From assembly GCA_964514965.1 (NCBI GenBank), contig CAZETV010000001.1:573063-605062 (forward strand): DNA of 32,000 nucleotides, written 5' to 3'. Each line of letters opens with the position of its first letter. Position 1 is the first letter of the stretch. The translations under genes and the position numbers were made by a program. Under the pieces are notes generated by a model, which was not told the DNA's origin, ran no database searches, and saw only the letters and a program-made list of their open reading frames with translations. This document shows, piece after piece, positions 17,294 through 26,911 of this stretch. Source of the DNA: Candidatus Hadarchaeota archaeon (GTDB lineage Archaea; Hadarchaeota; Hadarchaeia; Hadarchaeales; Hadarchaeaceae).

Positions 17294-19093
17294 ATGAAGA
17301 TGACCGAGAGAAAAATCCGCCAGCCCATAATTTCGGTTCTCGGGCACGTCGACCACGGCAAGACCTTATTGCTGGATAGCATCAGAGGTACGGCAGTCGC
17401 GGCCAGAGAGTCAGGTGGAATTTCCCAGCACATCGGGGCGACCGAGGTCCCAGCGGAAACCATCAAACAAACTTGTGGTGCTCTTCTTGAGAAATTTAAA
17501 ATAAAGTTGACTCTTCCTGGACTGCTATTCATTGACACTCCTGGACACGAAGCTTTTACCAACCTGCGCCGTCGCGGGGGGGCACTCGCCGACCTCGCTG
17601 CTTTGGTCGTTGACATCAATGAAGGCTTCATGCCTCAGACGCTTGAATCGTTAACGATTTTGAAATCGTACAAAACTCCCTTCATGCTTGTCGCGAACAA
17701 AATCGACCTTTTGCCGCGGTGGCAACCCTCGCCCAAGGCATGCTTTATTGATTCGTTCGCCCGCCAGCGCGTTGAGGTGCAGAACGCGCTTGACAACAAG
17801 ATTTACGAGTTAATCGGAAAACTCCACGAGCTGGGCTTCGAGGCCGAACGGTTCGACCGAGTGAACGATTTTAGAAAGCAGGTGGGCATCGTCTCGGCAA
17901 GCGCCAAGACCGGTGAGGGGGTGCCCGAAGTGCTTACCATACTGGCTGGTTTGGCGCAGCGATTTCTCGAAAAGGAGTTGGTGATAGAAGTGACGGGCCC
18001 GGCGCGGGGGACTGTGCTTGAGGTGAAAGAGGAGGTCGGGCTAGGGAAAGTCATTGACGTTATCGTGTACGATGGCACGTTCACTAAGGGGAATACATTT
18101 GCCGTAGGAGGGCTCGATAAAGTGATTATCTCTAAGGTTCGCGCCCTGCTCCAACCGAAGCCGCTCGACGAAATCCGTGATCCTGAAGACAAGTTCAAAC
18201 TAGTCGAGCGTGTGTCCGCGGCGGCCGGAGTTAAAGTCGCAGCACCCAATCTTGAGGGAGTCGTCGCTGGGGGCCCGCTATGGGTGATTGAGAATACATC
18301 AGAGGCGGAAAAACTTTGGCAGGAACTCCAACAAGAGATGGAGCGCATTCGGATAAGTACGGACGCCAAAGGGGTCGTGCTTAAAGCAGATGCTTTGGGT
18401 TCGCTTGAAGCGCTTGAGGGTCAACTCAAAGCTAAGGGCATATCCATCCGCCGTGCAGATATTGGCGATGTTTCGAGACGTGATGTGGTCGAGGCAGCGA
18501 GCGTGGTGAAGAGTGACCCCCTTCTTGGAGTGGTGCTAGCATTCAACGTGAAAGTCTCACCCGATGCGCAAATCGGGGCAGAGCGCGAGGGGGTTCCCGT
18601 GTTGCATGATGAAATCATCTACAAGCTCTTGGAGAGCTACGAAAATTGGACAAAAAAGAAACGCGAGGAGATTCGGGAAAAGCGTCTCGAGGTTTACATC
18701 AGGCCGGGAAAGTTCGCGTTGAAGCCTGGTTATATTTTCAGACGAAGCCACCCTGCAATTGTCGGAGTAGATGTGCTGGGGGGAGTGCTCAAGCCAAAAT
18801 ACCCGCTCATGCGCAGGGACGGGCACTCGGTCGGCACAATTCGCGGATTACAAAAAGAAAAGCAATCGGTGCAAGAGGCGAAGCTAGGGGACGAACTCGC
18901 GGTCTCGATCGAGGGTGGGGTGATCGGGCGCAACTTTCGGGAGGATGATATTCTATACACAGATGTTCCAAGAGAGCATGTGATCTCCTTGAAGCGGAAC
19001 CTACCAGACCTACTTTCGGGTGATGAGCTGGCGGTATTAGATGAGATAATTGCAATTAAACAGCAAGAAGACCCAACTTACGGGGTAATGTAA
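17294..19093 (+). CDS. infB: Translation initiation factor IF-2 (aIF5B)
   Basis: PIISVLGHVDHGKTLLLDSIRGTAVAARESGGISQHIGATEVP, FIDTPGHEAFTNLRRRGG, VANKIDLLP. Confidence 0.97.
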   Translation: MKMTERKIRQPIISVLGHVDHGKTLLLDSIRGTAVAARESGGISQHIGATEVPAETIKQTCGALLEKFKIKLTLPGLLFIDTPGHEAFTNLRRRGGALADLAALVVDINEGFMPQTLESLTILKSYKTPFMLVANKIDLLPRWQPSPKACFIDSFARQRVEVQNALDNKIYELIGKLHELGFEAERFDRVNDFRKQVGIVSASAKTGEGVPEVLTILAGLAQRFLEKELVIEVTGPARGTVLEVKEEVGLGKVIDVIVYDGTFTKGNTFAVGGLDKVIISKVRALLQPKPLDEIRDPEDKFKLVERVSAAAGVKVAAPNLEGVVAGGPLWVIENTSEAEKLWQELQQEMERIRISTDAKGVVLKADALGSLEALEGQLKAKGISIRRADIGDVSRRDVVEAASVVKSDPLLGVVLAFNVKVSPDAQIGAEREGVPVLHDEIIYKLLESYENWTKKKREEIREKRLEVYIRPGKFALKPGYIFRRSHPAIVGVDVLGGVLKPKYPLMRRDGHSVGTIRGLQKEKQSVQEAKLGDELAVSIEGGVIGRNFREDDILYTDVPREHVISLKRNLPDLLSGDELAVLDEIIAIKQQEDPTYGVM

Positions 19094-19260
19094 TCAGAAA
19101 AAATGTCTATTACACACCTTTTGAATTGTTGGACATTTGAAAGGAGCGCATTAACTTTGTTACTTCTCGTGCGACTAATTATTTTATCTATCAAGAACTC
19201 GAAAAGGTTTTATGAGTGTAGGAGTAATTGGCATGTTTACTGATTACGGTGTGTGGTGTA

Positions 19261-19662
19261 ATGGTGTTCAAGGTCGTAGTCGCTGACCCCGAGACAGGCA
19301 AGGGCTATCCTCTCGAGGCTCGTGAGCCAGATGCTCGAAAGCTGGTCGGGCTTCGGATAGGGGACAAGTTCGATGGAGCGGTCGTGGGACTCTCAGGGTA
19401 CGAGCTCCAACTCACGGGCGGAACCGATAAAGATGGCTTCCCCATGCGCCTAGATATCTACGGTCCGGGGAGAACTAGCGTCTTGCTGGCTAGCGGCCCT
19501 GGATTTTCTCCGCGAAGGAGAGGAGAGCGCCGCCGAAAGCGAGTTCGGGGTTCTAGAATCTCCGATGCAATCGTGCAGGTCAACGCGAAAATCGTGAAAC
19601 GTGGGGAAAAGCCCATCGAGGAGTTCTTGCCCCCAAAGAAAGCTGAGGCGAAGACGACCTAA
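19261..19662 (+). CDS. rps6e: Ribosomal protein eS6
   Basis: MVFKVVVADPETGKGYPLEAREPDARKLVGLRIGDKFDG, LTGGTDKDGFPMRLD; ATG at 19261 preferred over the track's 19228. Confidence 0.95.
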   Translation: MVFKVVVADPETGKGYPLEAREPDARKLVGLRIGDKFDGAVVGLSGYELQLTGGTDKDGFPMRLDIYGPGRTSVLLASGPGFSPRRRGERRRKRVRGSRISDAIVQVNAKIVKRGEKPIEEFLPPKKAEAKTT

Positions 19663-19776
19663 TCTAAAGATTAAGGAGTCACGCTTTCACATGTTTCAGT
19701 AAAAACGTCGCGCGCGTTATAGCCGAGCGTGTGCGTTTTATATTCAGTAAGCAGAAAATTTGAGCAAGGTATCCAA

Positions 19777-20991
19777 ATGACTCAAGCCGTCGTTAACATA
19801 GGTCTCGTTGGGCATATCGATCACGGGAAGACCACTCTCACGGAAGCGCTTTCTGGTGTTTGGACTGATGTGCACAGCGAGGAAATCCGCCGAGGCATCT
19901 CAATCCGTTTGGGATATGCGGATACTTCGTTTATGAAGTGTACTGAGTGCAATCGGTACAGCACCAAGGAGAAGTGCCCTTTCTGTGGGGGCCGAACAGA
20001 ATTCCTTCGTCGCATCTCGTTCGTTGATGCTCCAGGGCACGAGATGCTCATGGCCACTATGCTATCGGGCGCAGCAATAATGAACGGAGCCATGCTTGTG
20101 ATAGCTGCGAATGAGCCCTGCCCCCAGCCCCAAACGAAAGAACACTTGATGGCCCTCAATCTAATCAGTGTGCGCAATGTTGTGGTGGCGCAGAATAAAA
20201 TCGAACTAGTCTCACGAGAGAAGGTGATGCAGAATTACCAGCAGATCAAGAAGTTCCTCTCGGACACTTTCGCCGCCGATGCTCCCATAATCCCAATATC
20301 CGCCATTCACCGCGCAAACATCGATACGCTGATTCAGGCAATTGAGGAGCATATCCCGACCCCGCAGCGAGACCTCTCGAAGCCCGCGCGGATGCATGTC
20401 GCTCGCTCATTCGACGTCAATCACCCGGGCGCCAAGCCAGAAAAATTGGTCGGGGGAGTCTTGGGCGGTTCGCTCCTTCAAGGAAAGCTTCACGAGGGTG
20501 AGGAAATAGAGATTCGCCCCGGCATACGAGTGAGCCGGGAGGGAAAGACTACGTGGCAACCCTTAGACTCAAAGATAGTGAGCTTACACACAGGTAGAAA
20601 CCGGATTGAGGAGGTTATGCCGGGTGGTCTTATCGGCGTTGGCACCGAGCTTGATCCCTCGCTGACCAAAGGTGATTCACTCGTGGGCTCGATGGCAGGG
20701 GCGTCTGGAAGCTTGCCCGAGGTGCTGGAGACGATCGAGTTAGAGATCCACCTGATGAAGCGCGTCGTGGGACTTCCCAAGGAACTTGAGGTAAAACCCT
20801 TGGTCACGGGTGAGCCTTTGATGTTGAATGTTGGGACGGCGATGACCGTGGGTACGATGTCGAGTGCCAAGGGAGGCCGAGCTAACATCAAACTCAAGCT
20901 GCCAGTCTGCACTTACCGAGGGGCCAGAGTCGCACTGAGTCGACGCGTCGCTGGAAGATGGCGTCTGATTGGCTACGGCATTATAAGTTGA
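19777..20991 (+). CDS. Translation initiation factor 2 subunit gamma
   Basis: [48 protein letters not shown] zinc knuckle, [30 protein letters not shown]; ATG at 19777 matches the domain start. Confidence 0.97.
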   Translation: MTQAVVNIGLVGHIDHGKTTLTEALSGVWTDVHSEEIRRGISIRLGYADTSFMKCTECNRYSTKEKCPFCGGRTEFLRRISFVDAPGHEMLMATMLSGAAIMNGAMLVIAANEPCPQPQTKEHLMALNLISVRNVVVAQNKIELVSREKVMQNYQQIKKFLSDTFAADAPIIPISAIHRANIDTLIQAIEEHIPTPQRDLSKPARMHVARSFDVNHPGAKPEKLVGGVLGGSLLQGKLHEGEEIEIRPGIRVSREGKTTWQPLDSKIVSLHTGRNRIEEVMPGGLIGVGTELDPSLTKGDSLVGSMAGASGSLPEVLETIELEIHLMKRVVGLPKELEVKPLVTGEPLMLNVGTAMTVGTMSSAKGGRANIKLKLPVCTYRGARVALSRRVAGRWRLIGYGIIS

Positions 20992-21003
20992 AGAGGAATT
21001 TAG

Positions 21004-21393
21004 TTGCAGGTTATCGCAGACACGAGCTTCCTCATGATTCCCGGTATGTTTAGCGTGGATATAGTGAGGGAACTCGACAGGTTGTTTGAACAACCCTATG
21101 AACTCATCATCCCAAGTCCAGTCCTTCAAGAGCTTAGGCAAATTTCCGAGCGGGGCAAGCTAAAGGAGCATACGGCAGCCAAAATTGGATTGATTCTAGC
21201 TAAACTTGGGAAGGTCACAAAAGTCAAGGGTGCAGCGGATGATGTAATACTGAACTTGGCACTCAATGGAGGCTATGTGGTGGGAACGACTGATGCAGCT
21301 CTGCGAAAAAACCTCCGGCGTTGTGGAGTGCCAGTAATATATTTACGACAGAAGTCTCATCTTGCAATAGATGGTTGGATTCAAGAAGGTTAA
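21004..21393 (+). CDS. PIN-domain (Fcf1/VapC-like) protein
   Basis: VIADTSFLMIPGMFSVDIVRELDRLF, SPVLQELRQI, GAADDVILNLAL, VGTTDAALRKNLRRCGVPVIYLRQKSHL. Confidence 0.9.
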   Translation: MQVIADTSFLMIPGMFSVDIVRELDRLFEQPYELIIPSPVLQELRQISERGKLKEHTAAKIGLILAKLGKVTKVKGAADDVILNLALNGGYVVGTTDAALRKNLRRCGVPVIYLRQKSHLAIDGWIQEG

Positions 21394-21414
21394 ATTTCCT
21401 CAAGAGGTCGTAAA

Positions 21415-23445
21415 ATGGTCGGATTTGAACCAGTGATGTTGGCGCCGATAGCGGGTGTTTTGGCCCTCGCGTTCGCTGGGTACTTAACCGTCAGGATCAT
21501 GCGACAGCCTGTTGGGTCCGAGCGAATGCGGGAACTCTCCGAAACCATCCACCGGGGAGCGATGACTTTTCTGAACAAGGAGTATCAAGTGATGATTGTC
21601 TATGCGGTTATCGTGGCGGCGATCTTACTGCTGGTCGTGAACTATCAGACTGCAACAGCATTCGTGACTGGGGCATTTTTCTCAGCGCTGGCGGGTAACA
21701 TCGGAATGCGCGTGGCGACCAAGTCGAACGCTCGAACGGCAATGGCAGCTAAGAAAGGTATTAGCAAAGGACTCATAATTGGGTTCTCCAGCGGCGCGGT
21801 GATGGGAATGTGTGTCGTGGGGCTGGGGATATTGGGCGTAAGCATTTTCTACTACCTGTTCGAAACACCTGGGATAATAGTTGGTTTCGGCTTCGGGGCA
21901 AGTTCGATAGCACTGTTCGCACGTGTTGGCGGAGGCATCTACACAAAATCGGCGGACATGGGCGCAGATTTAGTCGGGAAGGTTGAGGCCCGAATTCCCG
22001 AGGATGACCCACGAAATCCAGCGGTGATTGCAGACAACGTGGGCGACAATGTTGGGGATGTCGCTGGAATGGGAGCGGACCTGTTTGAATCATACGTGGG
22101 CTCCATCATCGCGGCCATGGTGATAGGTTTCACCGGGGTCACCGTTGGAGGCGTCGTGCTCAACCAAACGGATGCAGTGGTGCTCCCCATGCTGCTCGCT
22201 GCAGTCGGAATTTTCTGCTCAATCATAGCAACATTTTTCGTGCAAACGAAAAGGGGTGCTGGGATAAAAGCACTACACGCTGCGCTAAACAAGGGGGTAT
22301 TTGGAAGCGCCATCTTGATAGCCGTGGCATCGTTCTTTCTGATATGGTATCTCGTTGGTACAGTGGAGATATTTTGGGCAATGCTTGCCGGCTTAGTGGC
22401 GGGGATTATAATTGGGCTTTCTGCGGAGTACTACACTGAAAATAGATTTCCACCAGTACAGTCAATTGCTATATCATCTCAGACTGGCCCCGCGACGAAC
22501 GTCATTAGTGGCTTTTCAGTTGGAATGCTCAGCACCATGATTCCAATTATCGCAGTTATTGGCGCAATTTCATTTGCTTACTACATCACCTTACCAAATG
22601 GATTATACGGAATTGCGATTGCCGCGGTGGGCATGCTCAGCACATTGGGTATAACTCTCGCCACGGATACTTACGGCCCAGTCGCAGACAATGCCGCTGG
22701 AATTGCCGAGATGTCTAAGATGGGACAAACAGTACGCAAGCGTGCCGAGCGACTGGATGCCGTTGGAAACACAACTGCCGCAATCGGCAAAGGCTTCGCA
22801 ATCGGCTCGGCAGCGTTGACGGCACTTGCACTTTTTTCAGCTTATACCCAAGGAATGGCTGATGCAGGGGTAACTATGAATCTCAGCATAACTAATCCAG
22901 CAGTAATTGTCGGACTGTTTATAGGAGGGATGTTACCGTTCTTGTTCTGTGCGCTCACCATGCGGGCAGTGAGTAGGGGAGCTTCTCTAATCGTGGACGA
23001 AGTGCGAAGACAGTTCCGAACTATCCCTGGGTTGATGAAGGGAAATGCGAAGCCAGACTACAACCGGTGTATCAGGATTAGTACCTCTGCCGCTCTTGGA
23101 AACATGGTATTTCCGGCCGCGCTGGCTATTCTTACTCCCGTCGCGGTGGGCATTGTTAATCCTGAGGCGCTAGGGGGCCTGCTTGCAGGATCGATAGTCA
23201 CGGGTCTGCTGCTAGCAATTACTCTTGCAAACTCCGGTGGAGCTTGGGACAACGCGAAGAAGTACATCGAAGATGGGCATCTGGGTGGAAAGGGAAGTGA
23301 AACTCATGCGGCTTCGGTGATAGGCGATACCGTCGGAGACCCGTTCAAAGACACCTCGGGTCCCTCGCTTAACATCCTGATTAAGCTCATGTCCATGGTG
23401 TCCTTGCTATTCGTCCCGCTGCTGTTGAAGATTTGGGGTGTATGA
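21415..23445 (+). CDS. hppA: Membrane-bound ion-translocating pyrophosphatase
   Basis: GGGIYTKSADMGADLVGKVEARIPEDDPRNPAVIADNVGDNVGDVAGMGADLFES; DTYGPVADNAAGIAEM; GDTVGDPFKDTSGPSLNILIKLM; many TM segments. Confidence 0.97.
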   Translation: MVGFEPVMLAPIAGVLALAFAGYLTVRIMRQPVGSERMRELSETIHRGAMTFLNKEYQVMIVYAVIVAAILLLVVNYQTATAFVTGAFFSALAGNIGMRVATKSNARTAMAAKKGISKGLIIGFSSGAVMGMCVVGLGILGVSIFYYLFETPGIIVGFGFGASSIALFARVGGGIYTKSADMGADLVGKVEARIPEDDPRNPAVIADNVGDNVGDVAGMGADLFESYVGSIIAAMVIGFTGVTVGGVVLNQTDAVVLPMLLAAVGIFCSIIATFFVQTKRGAGIKALHAALNKGVFGSAILIAVASFFLIWYLVGTVEIFWAMLAGLVAGIIIGLSAEYYTENRFPPVQSIAISSQTGPATNVISGFSVGMLSTMIPIIAVIGAISFAYYITLPNGLYGIAIAAVGMLSTLGITLATDTYGPVADNAAGIAEMSKMGQTVRKRAERLDAVGNTTAAIGKGFAIGSAALTALALFSAYTQGMADAGVTMNLSITNPAVIVGLFIGGMLPFLFCALTMRAVSRGASLIVDEVRRQFRTIPGLMKGNAKPDYNRCIRISTSAALGNMVFPAALAILTPVAVGIVNPEALGGLLAGSIVTGLLLAITLANSGGAWDNAKKYIEDGHLGGKGSETHAASVIGDTVGDPFKDTSGPSLNILIKLMSMVSLLFVPLLLKIWGV

Positions 23446-23446
23446 T

Positions 23447-23587
23447 GTGATCAATTTTTTGAAAGATGTTAAACTTGGCCCTGATGTTCCGCAGAAATCG
23501 GGTTTACTCACGAAAAAGGGCAAAAAGTTAAAGGGAAAGGGAACTAAGATGCTCGAGTGGCGAAGACTAGACAATCACGCAAGGTGA
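23447..23587 (+). CDS. Small highly basic hypothetical peptide (46 aa)
   Basis: GTG...TGA encoding MINFLKDVKLGPDVPQKSGLLTKKGKKLKGKGTKMLEWRRLDNHAR; start lies immediately after the hppA stop; absent from the ORF track. Confidence 0.35.
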   Translation: MINFLKDVKLGPDVPQKSGLLTKKGKKLKGKGTKMLEWRRLDNHAR

Positions 23588-23630
23588 TCGTTCGCATCAT
23601 GAAGATTTGAAAAAATTTGAGGTAGATTGA

Positions 23631-24188
23631 ATGTACAAGATAGTAACCGTAAGTGATACCGTGCGGGTGCTCCCCAGCAGACTCGGTGAGCCTCTAGAAG
23701 AGGTAATTATCGATGTCCTGCGCAAGAACTACGAAGGGTTAACCGACAAAGACGTTGGCACAATACTCGCAATTACCGAACTCAAGGAGGTCGGCACGGG
23801 GCGCATAATCATGGGTGATGGGGCCAGCTATCACGATATCACCTTTGAGGCGCTTGTTTACAAGCCCGAGGTCAACGAGGTGGTGTTGGGTGAAGTGGTC
23901 GAAATCGTCGAATTTGGCGGATTCGTGCGTCTTGGGCCTATTGATGGTTTGGTACATGTCTCACAGGTGATGGACGACTTCGTAGGTTATGACAAGAAGA
24001 AGGGTGCACTCTACGGCAAGGAATCAAAACGAGCGCTGAAGGAAGGGGACAGAGTTCGTGCGCGCGTGGTCACGGTGAGTACACGACGGGCCCCCCATGG
24101 TGGGAAGATAGGGCTGACGATGCGTCAGTTTGGACTCGGCAAGCTCGAATGGATTGAAGAGGATGCCCACAAGGAGGCAAAGGCTTGA
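23631..24188 (+). CDS. rpoE: DNA-directed RNA polymerase subunit Rpo7 (RpoE')
   Basis: MYKIVTVSDTVRVLPSRLG, VLRKNYEGLTDKDVGTILAITE, S1 domain GFVRLGPIDGLVHVSQVMDDF. Confidence 0.96.
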   Translation: MYKIVTVSDTVRVLPSRLGEPLEEVIIDVLRKNYEGLTDKDVGTILAITELKEVGTGRIIMGDGASYHDITFEALVYKPEVNEVVLGEVVEIVEFGGFVRLGPIDGLVHVSQVMDDFVGYDKKKGALYGKESKRALKEGDRVRARVVTVSTRRAPHGGKIGLTMRQFGLGKLEWIEEDAHKEAKA

Positions 24189-24370
24189 CCGAAAAGGCTT
24201 GCCGCAATTGTAATTTCATCACCGCGAAAAATACCTGCCCGGTTTGCGGGGGTGCATCGCTCTCGGAAGACTGGTCAGGATACATCGTCGTGCTCGACCC
24301 AGAGAATTCTGAAATCGCCAAGCGATTGAAGATTACCCAGCCCGGAAAGTACGCGCTGAAGGTTCGTTAA
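24185..24370 (+). CDS. spt4: Spt4/RpoE''-like transcription elongation factor
   Basis: KACRNCNFITAKNTCPVCGGASLSEDWSGYIVVLDPENSEIAKRLKITQPGKYALKVR. Confidence 0.95.
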   Translation: MTEKACRNCNFITAKNTCPVCGGASLSEDWSGYIVVLDPENSEIAKRLKITQPGKYALKVR

Positions 24371-24371
24371 G

Positions 24372-24878
24372 GTGTTAGAGCTACCCGGAGAATTGCGGTC
24401 ACTCCTGAAGCGTCCACTTGGTCAACTTTTCTCTAACGTTGCAACTGCGATTGAGCGCCTGAAGCAGCTCCGTCCGACTAGGTTAATCGCTGTCGGCGAT
24501 ATCGTTACCGCGGACTTGATCGAAGCTGGTATGAAGCTGGATGTGGCCGTGGTCGATTTCCTTGTGATGCGATCTCCTGTTGATAAAAAAATACGGCAAA
24601 CGATCGATTTGTTCGATGCAAAGATAGTTCGTGTAAAAAACCCCGCAGGAACTATAACTCAAGAATTGCGCACAGCCATCAATGAGGCAAAACCCCCCAT
24701 AAAAATCATCGTCGAGGGGGAAGAAGACCTCGCCACCCTACCAGCCTTGCTCTCCGCCCCACTAGGGTCGGTTGTCGTTTATGGGCAGCCAAACGAAGGG
24801 ATTGTAATCGTCGAAGTCACCGAACCCAAGCGCCACGAATTCGAAATGCTACTAGGGCAATTCAAGACCCGTAAGTGA
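24372..24878 (+). CDS. DUF359-family GTP-dependent dephospho-CoA kinase
   Basis: LIAVGDIVTADLIEAGMKLDVAVVDF, VKNPAGTITQELRTAI, VEGEEDLATLPALLSAPLGSVVVYGQPNEGIVIVEV. Confidence 0.92.
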   Translation: MLELPGELRSLLKRPLGQLFSNVATAIERLKQLRPTRLIAVGDIVTADLIEAGMKLDVAVVDFLVMRSPVDKKIRQTIDLFDAKIVRVKNPAGTITQELRTAINEAKPPIKIIVEGEEDLATLPALLSAPLGSVVVYGQPNEGIVIVEVTEPKRHEFEMLLGQFKTRK

Positions 24879-24969
24879 AACTTTCAAACAGTGAATAATC
24901 TCGAAAAATGGAGAACTAATTAACGGGAAAAAGTTTAATTTGGCTTAGCTTGAAAGGAAATGGGTTGAT

Positions 24970-25401
24970 ATGAAGGTCGAGATAATCGAGAAAACGGATA
25001 ACCCGCTATTCAAGCGCACTGAAATAAAATTCAAAGCTGATCATGCGGGGGAGCCAACTCCAAAGCGTTTGGACGTGCGCGTTCAGCTCGCGAACCAGCT
25101 GGGCGTCGCGGCGGAACTCATCGTTATCGAGAAGTTGGCGAGCACTCACGGTCGCCAAATGGCCTCTGGAATTGCCCGCGCTTACAGCTCCCGCGAACAA
25201 CTCGAAGGACTCGAACCCAAATTTTTGCTTCAACGAGGCATGCCAAAGGAAGCTAAGCCTGAGAAACCCCCGGAGAAAGCCGAGAAACCAAAAGAAGAAA
25301 TGAAAAAACCAAAAGATGAGAAAGTAGAGAAGCCGAAGGAAGAAAAATTCGAGGCTAAGGAAAAACCATCGGAGGCAGACGAAAGTGGCAAAGAAAGTTA
25401 A
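24970..25401 (+). CDS. rps24e: Ribosomal protein eS24 with long Lys/Glu/Pro-rich C-terminal tail
   Basis: [56 protein letters not shown]; tail from about residue 97 is [28 protein letters not shown]. Confidence 0.93.
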   Translation: MKVEIIEKTDNPLFKRTEIKFKADHAGEPTPKRLDVRVQLANQLGVAAELIVIEKLASTHGRQMASGIARAYSSREQLEGLEPKFLLQRGMPKEAKPEKPPEKAEKPKEEMKKPKDEKVEKPKEEKFEAKEKPSEADESGKES

Positions 25402-25552
25402 GGCCGCAAAGGCAAAGTTCTACAAATCCGAGGGCGAAAAGTTGGAGCGTCTGCGTCTGACCTGCCCGCGCTGTGGTCCAGGAGTCTTCATGGCTGACCA
25501 TGGAAACCGCTTAGCGTGCGGGAAGTGCGGATATACTGATTTCAAGAAGTGA
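25385..25552 (+). CDS. rps27ae: Ribosomal protein eS31 / S27ae (55 aa)
   Basis: GTG start; [55 protein letters not shown] with CxxC...CxxC; absent from ORF track because of size. Confidence 0.95.
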   Translation: MAKKVKAAKAKFYKSEGEKLERLRLTCPRCGPGVFMADHGNRLACGKCGYTDFKK

Positions 25553-26846
25553 ATTCAACCTTTGCGCCGATAACCTCAACCACAAGTTTTTCCATCTCGC
25601 TTAAATTTTTATCAATATCCTTCTCAACCTGCTGCGATTCATGGTGAAGTTCCTCGATTGTCGCACGTGCGCGTTTTATTTCCGTCCGATATTTTTCGAT
25701 TGATTCTTCGAGTTCAGCCTTTTGTTGTAAAAGCGAGGTTTGTTCACGAACGCGTTTTTGGGTTTCTATATCGGTGTGGAGTCTGGTGAGTCGCTCTTTG
25801 AGTTTCAGGAGCTTTTTTTCCTCCAGAAGTTCACGAGCTAGTTTAATTCGTTTCCTCCGTTCTCGGTCATCCATGCTTATTTTTCCCTCCTCAAGAAGTT
25901 CAATCATTTTTTGCAACAACGAATCAACAGCCCCCAGTTTTTCGTTGGATGAAAATACCCCAAGTGGGTCCTCTATGCAAAGTTCAAGTACTTTCACCAT
26001 CTCTCGATCCATCTGGCACTCGCCCGCCTTCACAAGCTTTTCCATCTTCCTTAGCGGTCTGCTAAGCCCTGAAATCGCACTCGATACGGTACCCCTCACA
26101 TGAGCTATCTCGCGTTCAATTCGTTCGAGCTCGCGCCCAGATGCGTCCAAGCTCTTGAATTCCCTACTGTTGATAAGCATCGCCAGTTGATTGCTCTCGT
26201 CATCAATCAACTTCTCAAGAGTCACAACCTGACTTTCCAATGATTTTACCTCAGTCCGAATATCTTTAATTCGGTTAAGAAGCTCTTTTTGAGATAATAT
26301 TTTCGAGGAGATTGAGTCTAACGAGCGCATTTCTCGGAGGGTTCCTTCAATGAGAACGTTGATCTCCCTGACCAATTCATGCAACTGTCGCAAGCGTAAC
26401 TCGATCGCGTTAAAGTGAGGTCCGAACAATGCTCTGACATAGCGGCTGTGGGTTACGAGTGCGTCAGTTGTAAGTTTCACCATTTTCGTCAACTTGCCAC
26501 CTAGTGCCGCAAGGTCGTTCGTCGATAATTTTCCCCGCTCGACATCAGCGACCGCGCGGGTTAGCTTATCAATGAGGAGTCTTCGAGCCTCGAGCGCCGT
26601 CTTGCGCAACCCAAGATAAACTTCCTCAGTGGGTTCAACCTCGGAAAAGGTTTTCAATTCCTCTAAAAACGATTCCTGCCCTCCGGATAGCCTGTCTAGC
26701 ATAGAATTTAATCTGGATTGGGTCTCAGAGAACTTTTCCTGCTTGAGTTTGCCCACTCGTCCTTCAAGAGAATCTACAGATAATTTTTCAACTTGAGGTT
26801 CAGGCGCTTTTGGTTTTCTTCCGAAAATCTTGCGGAGAAACATCAA
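25542..26846 (-). CDS. Long coiled-coil protein of unknown function (434 aa)
   Basis: Uninterrupted ORF with basic/hydrophobic N-terminus [17 protein letters not shown] and extended heptad-like helices ([57 protein letters not shown]). Confidence 0.8.
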   Translation of the reverse strand: MMFLRKIFGRKPKAPEPQVEKLSVDSLEGRVGKLKQEKFSETQSRLNSMLDRLSGGQESFLEELKTFSEVEPTEEVYLGLRKTALEARRLLIDKLTRAVADVERGKLSTNDLAALGGKLTKMVKLTTDALVTHSRYVRALFGPHFNAIELRLRQLHELVREINVLIEGTLREMRSLDSISSKILSQKELLNRIKDIRTEVKSLESQVVTLEKLIDDESNQLAMLINSREFKSLDASGRELERIEREIAHVRGTVSSAISGLSRPLRKMEKLVKAGECQMDREMVKVLELCIEDPLGVFSSNEKLGAVDSLLQKMIELLEEGKISMDDRERRKRIKLARELLEEKKLLKLKERLTRLHTDIETQKRVREQTSLLQQKAELEESIEKYRTEIKRARATIEELHHESQQVEKDIDKNLSEMEKLVVEVIGAKVEFTS

Positions 26847-26911
26847 CTCGCCAATTATACATGATTGAGTTGTTGTTTAAATGTTCGGAGCAGCCGAAAC
26901 AAAAGCTGTAA

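Noticed and set aside
17803-18369. 188-aa reverse ORF inside infB, and other antisense ORFs such as 8752-9363, 4978-4796, 20490-20912 and 21939-22313
   Set aside because: All lie fully antisense to unambiguous conserved genes and show low-complexity Ser/Pro/Thr composition.
18646-18948. 100-aa forward ORF inside infB
   Set aside because: Frame-shifted shadow of the aIF5B coding sequence without domain features.
26841-26870. CAACTC...GAGTTG inverted repeat near the start of the coiled-coil gene
   Set aside because: Only 6 bp with a spacer of about 17 nt; expected by chance in this amount of DNA.
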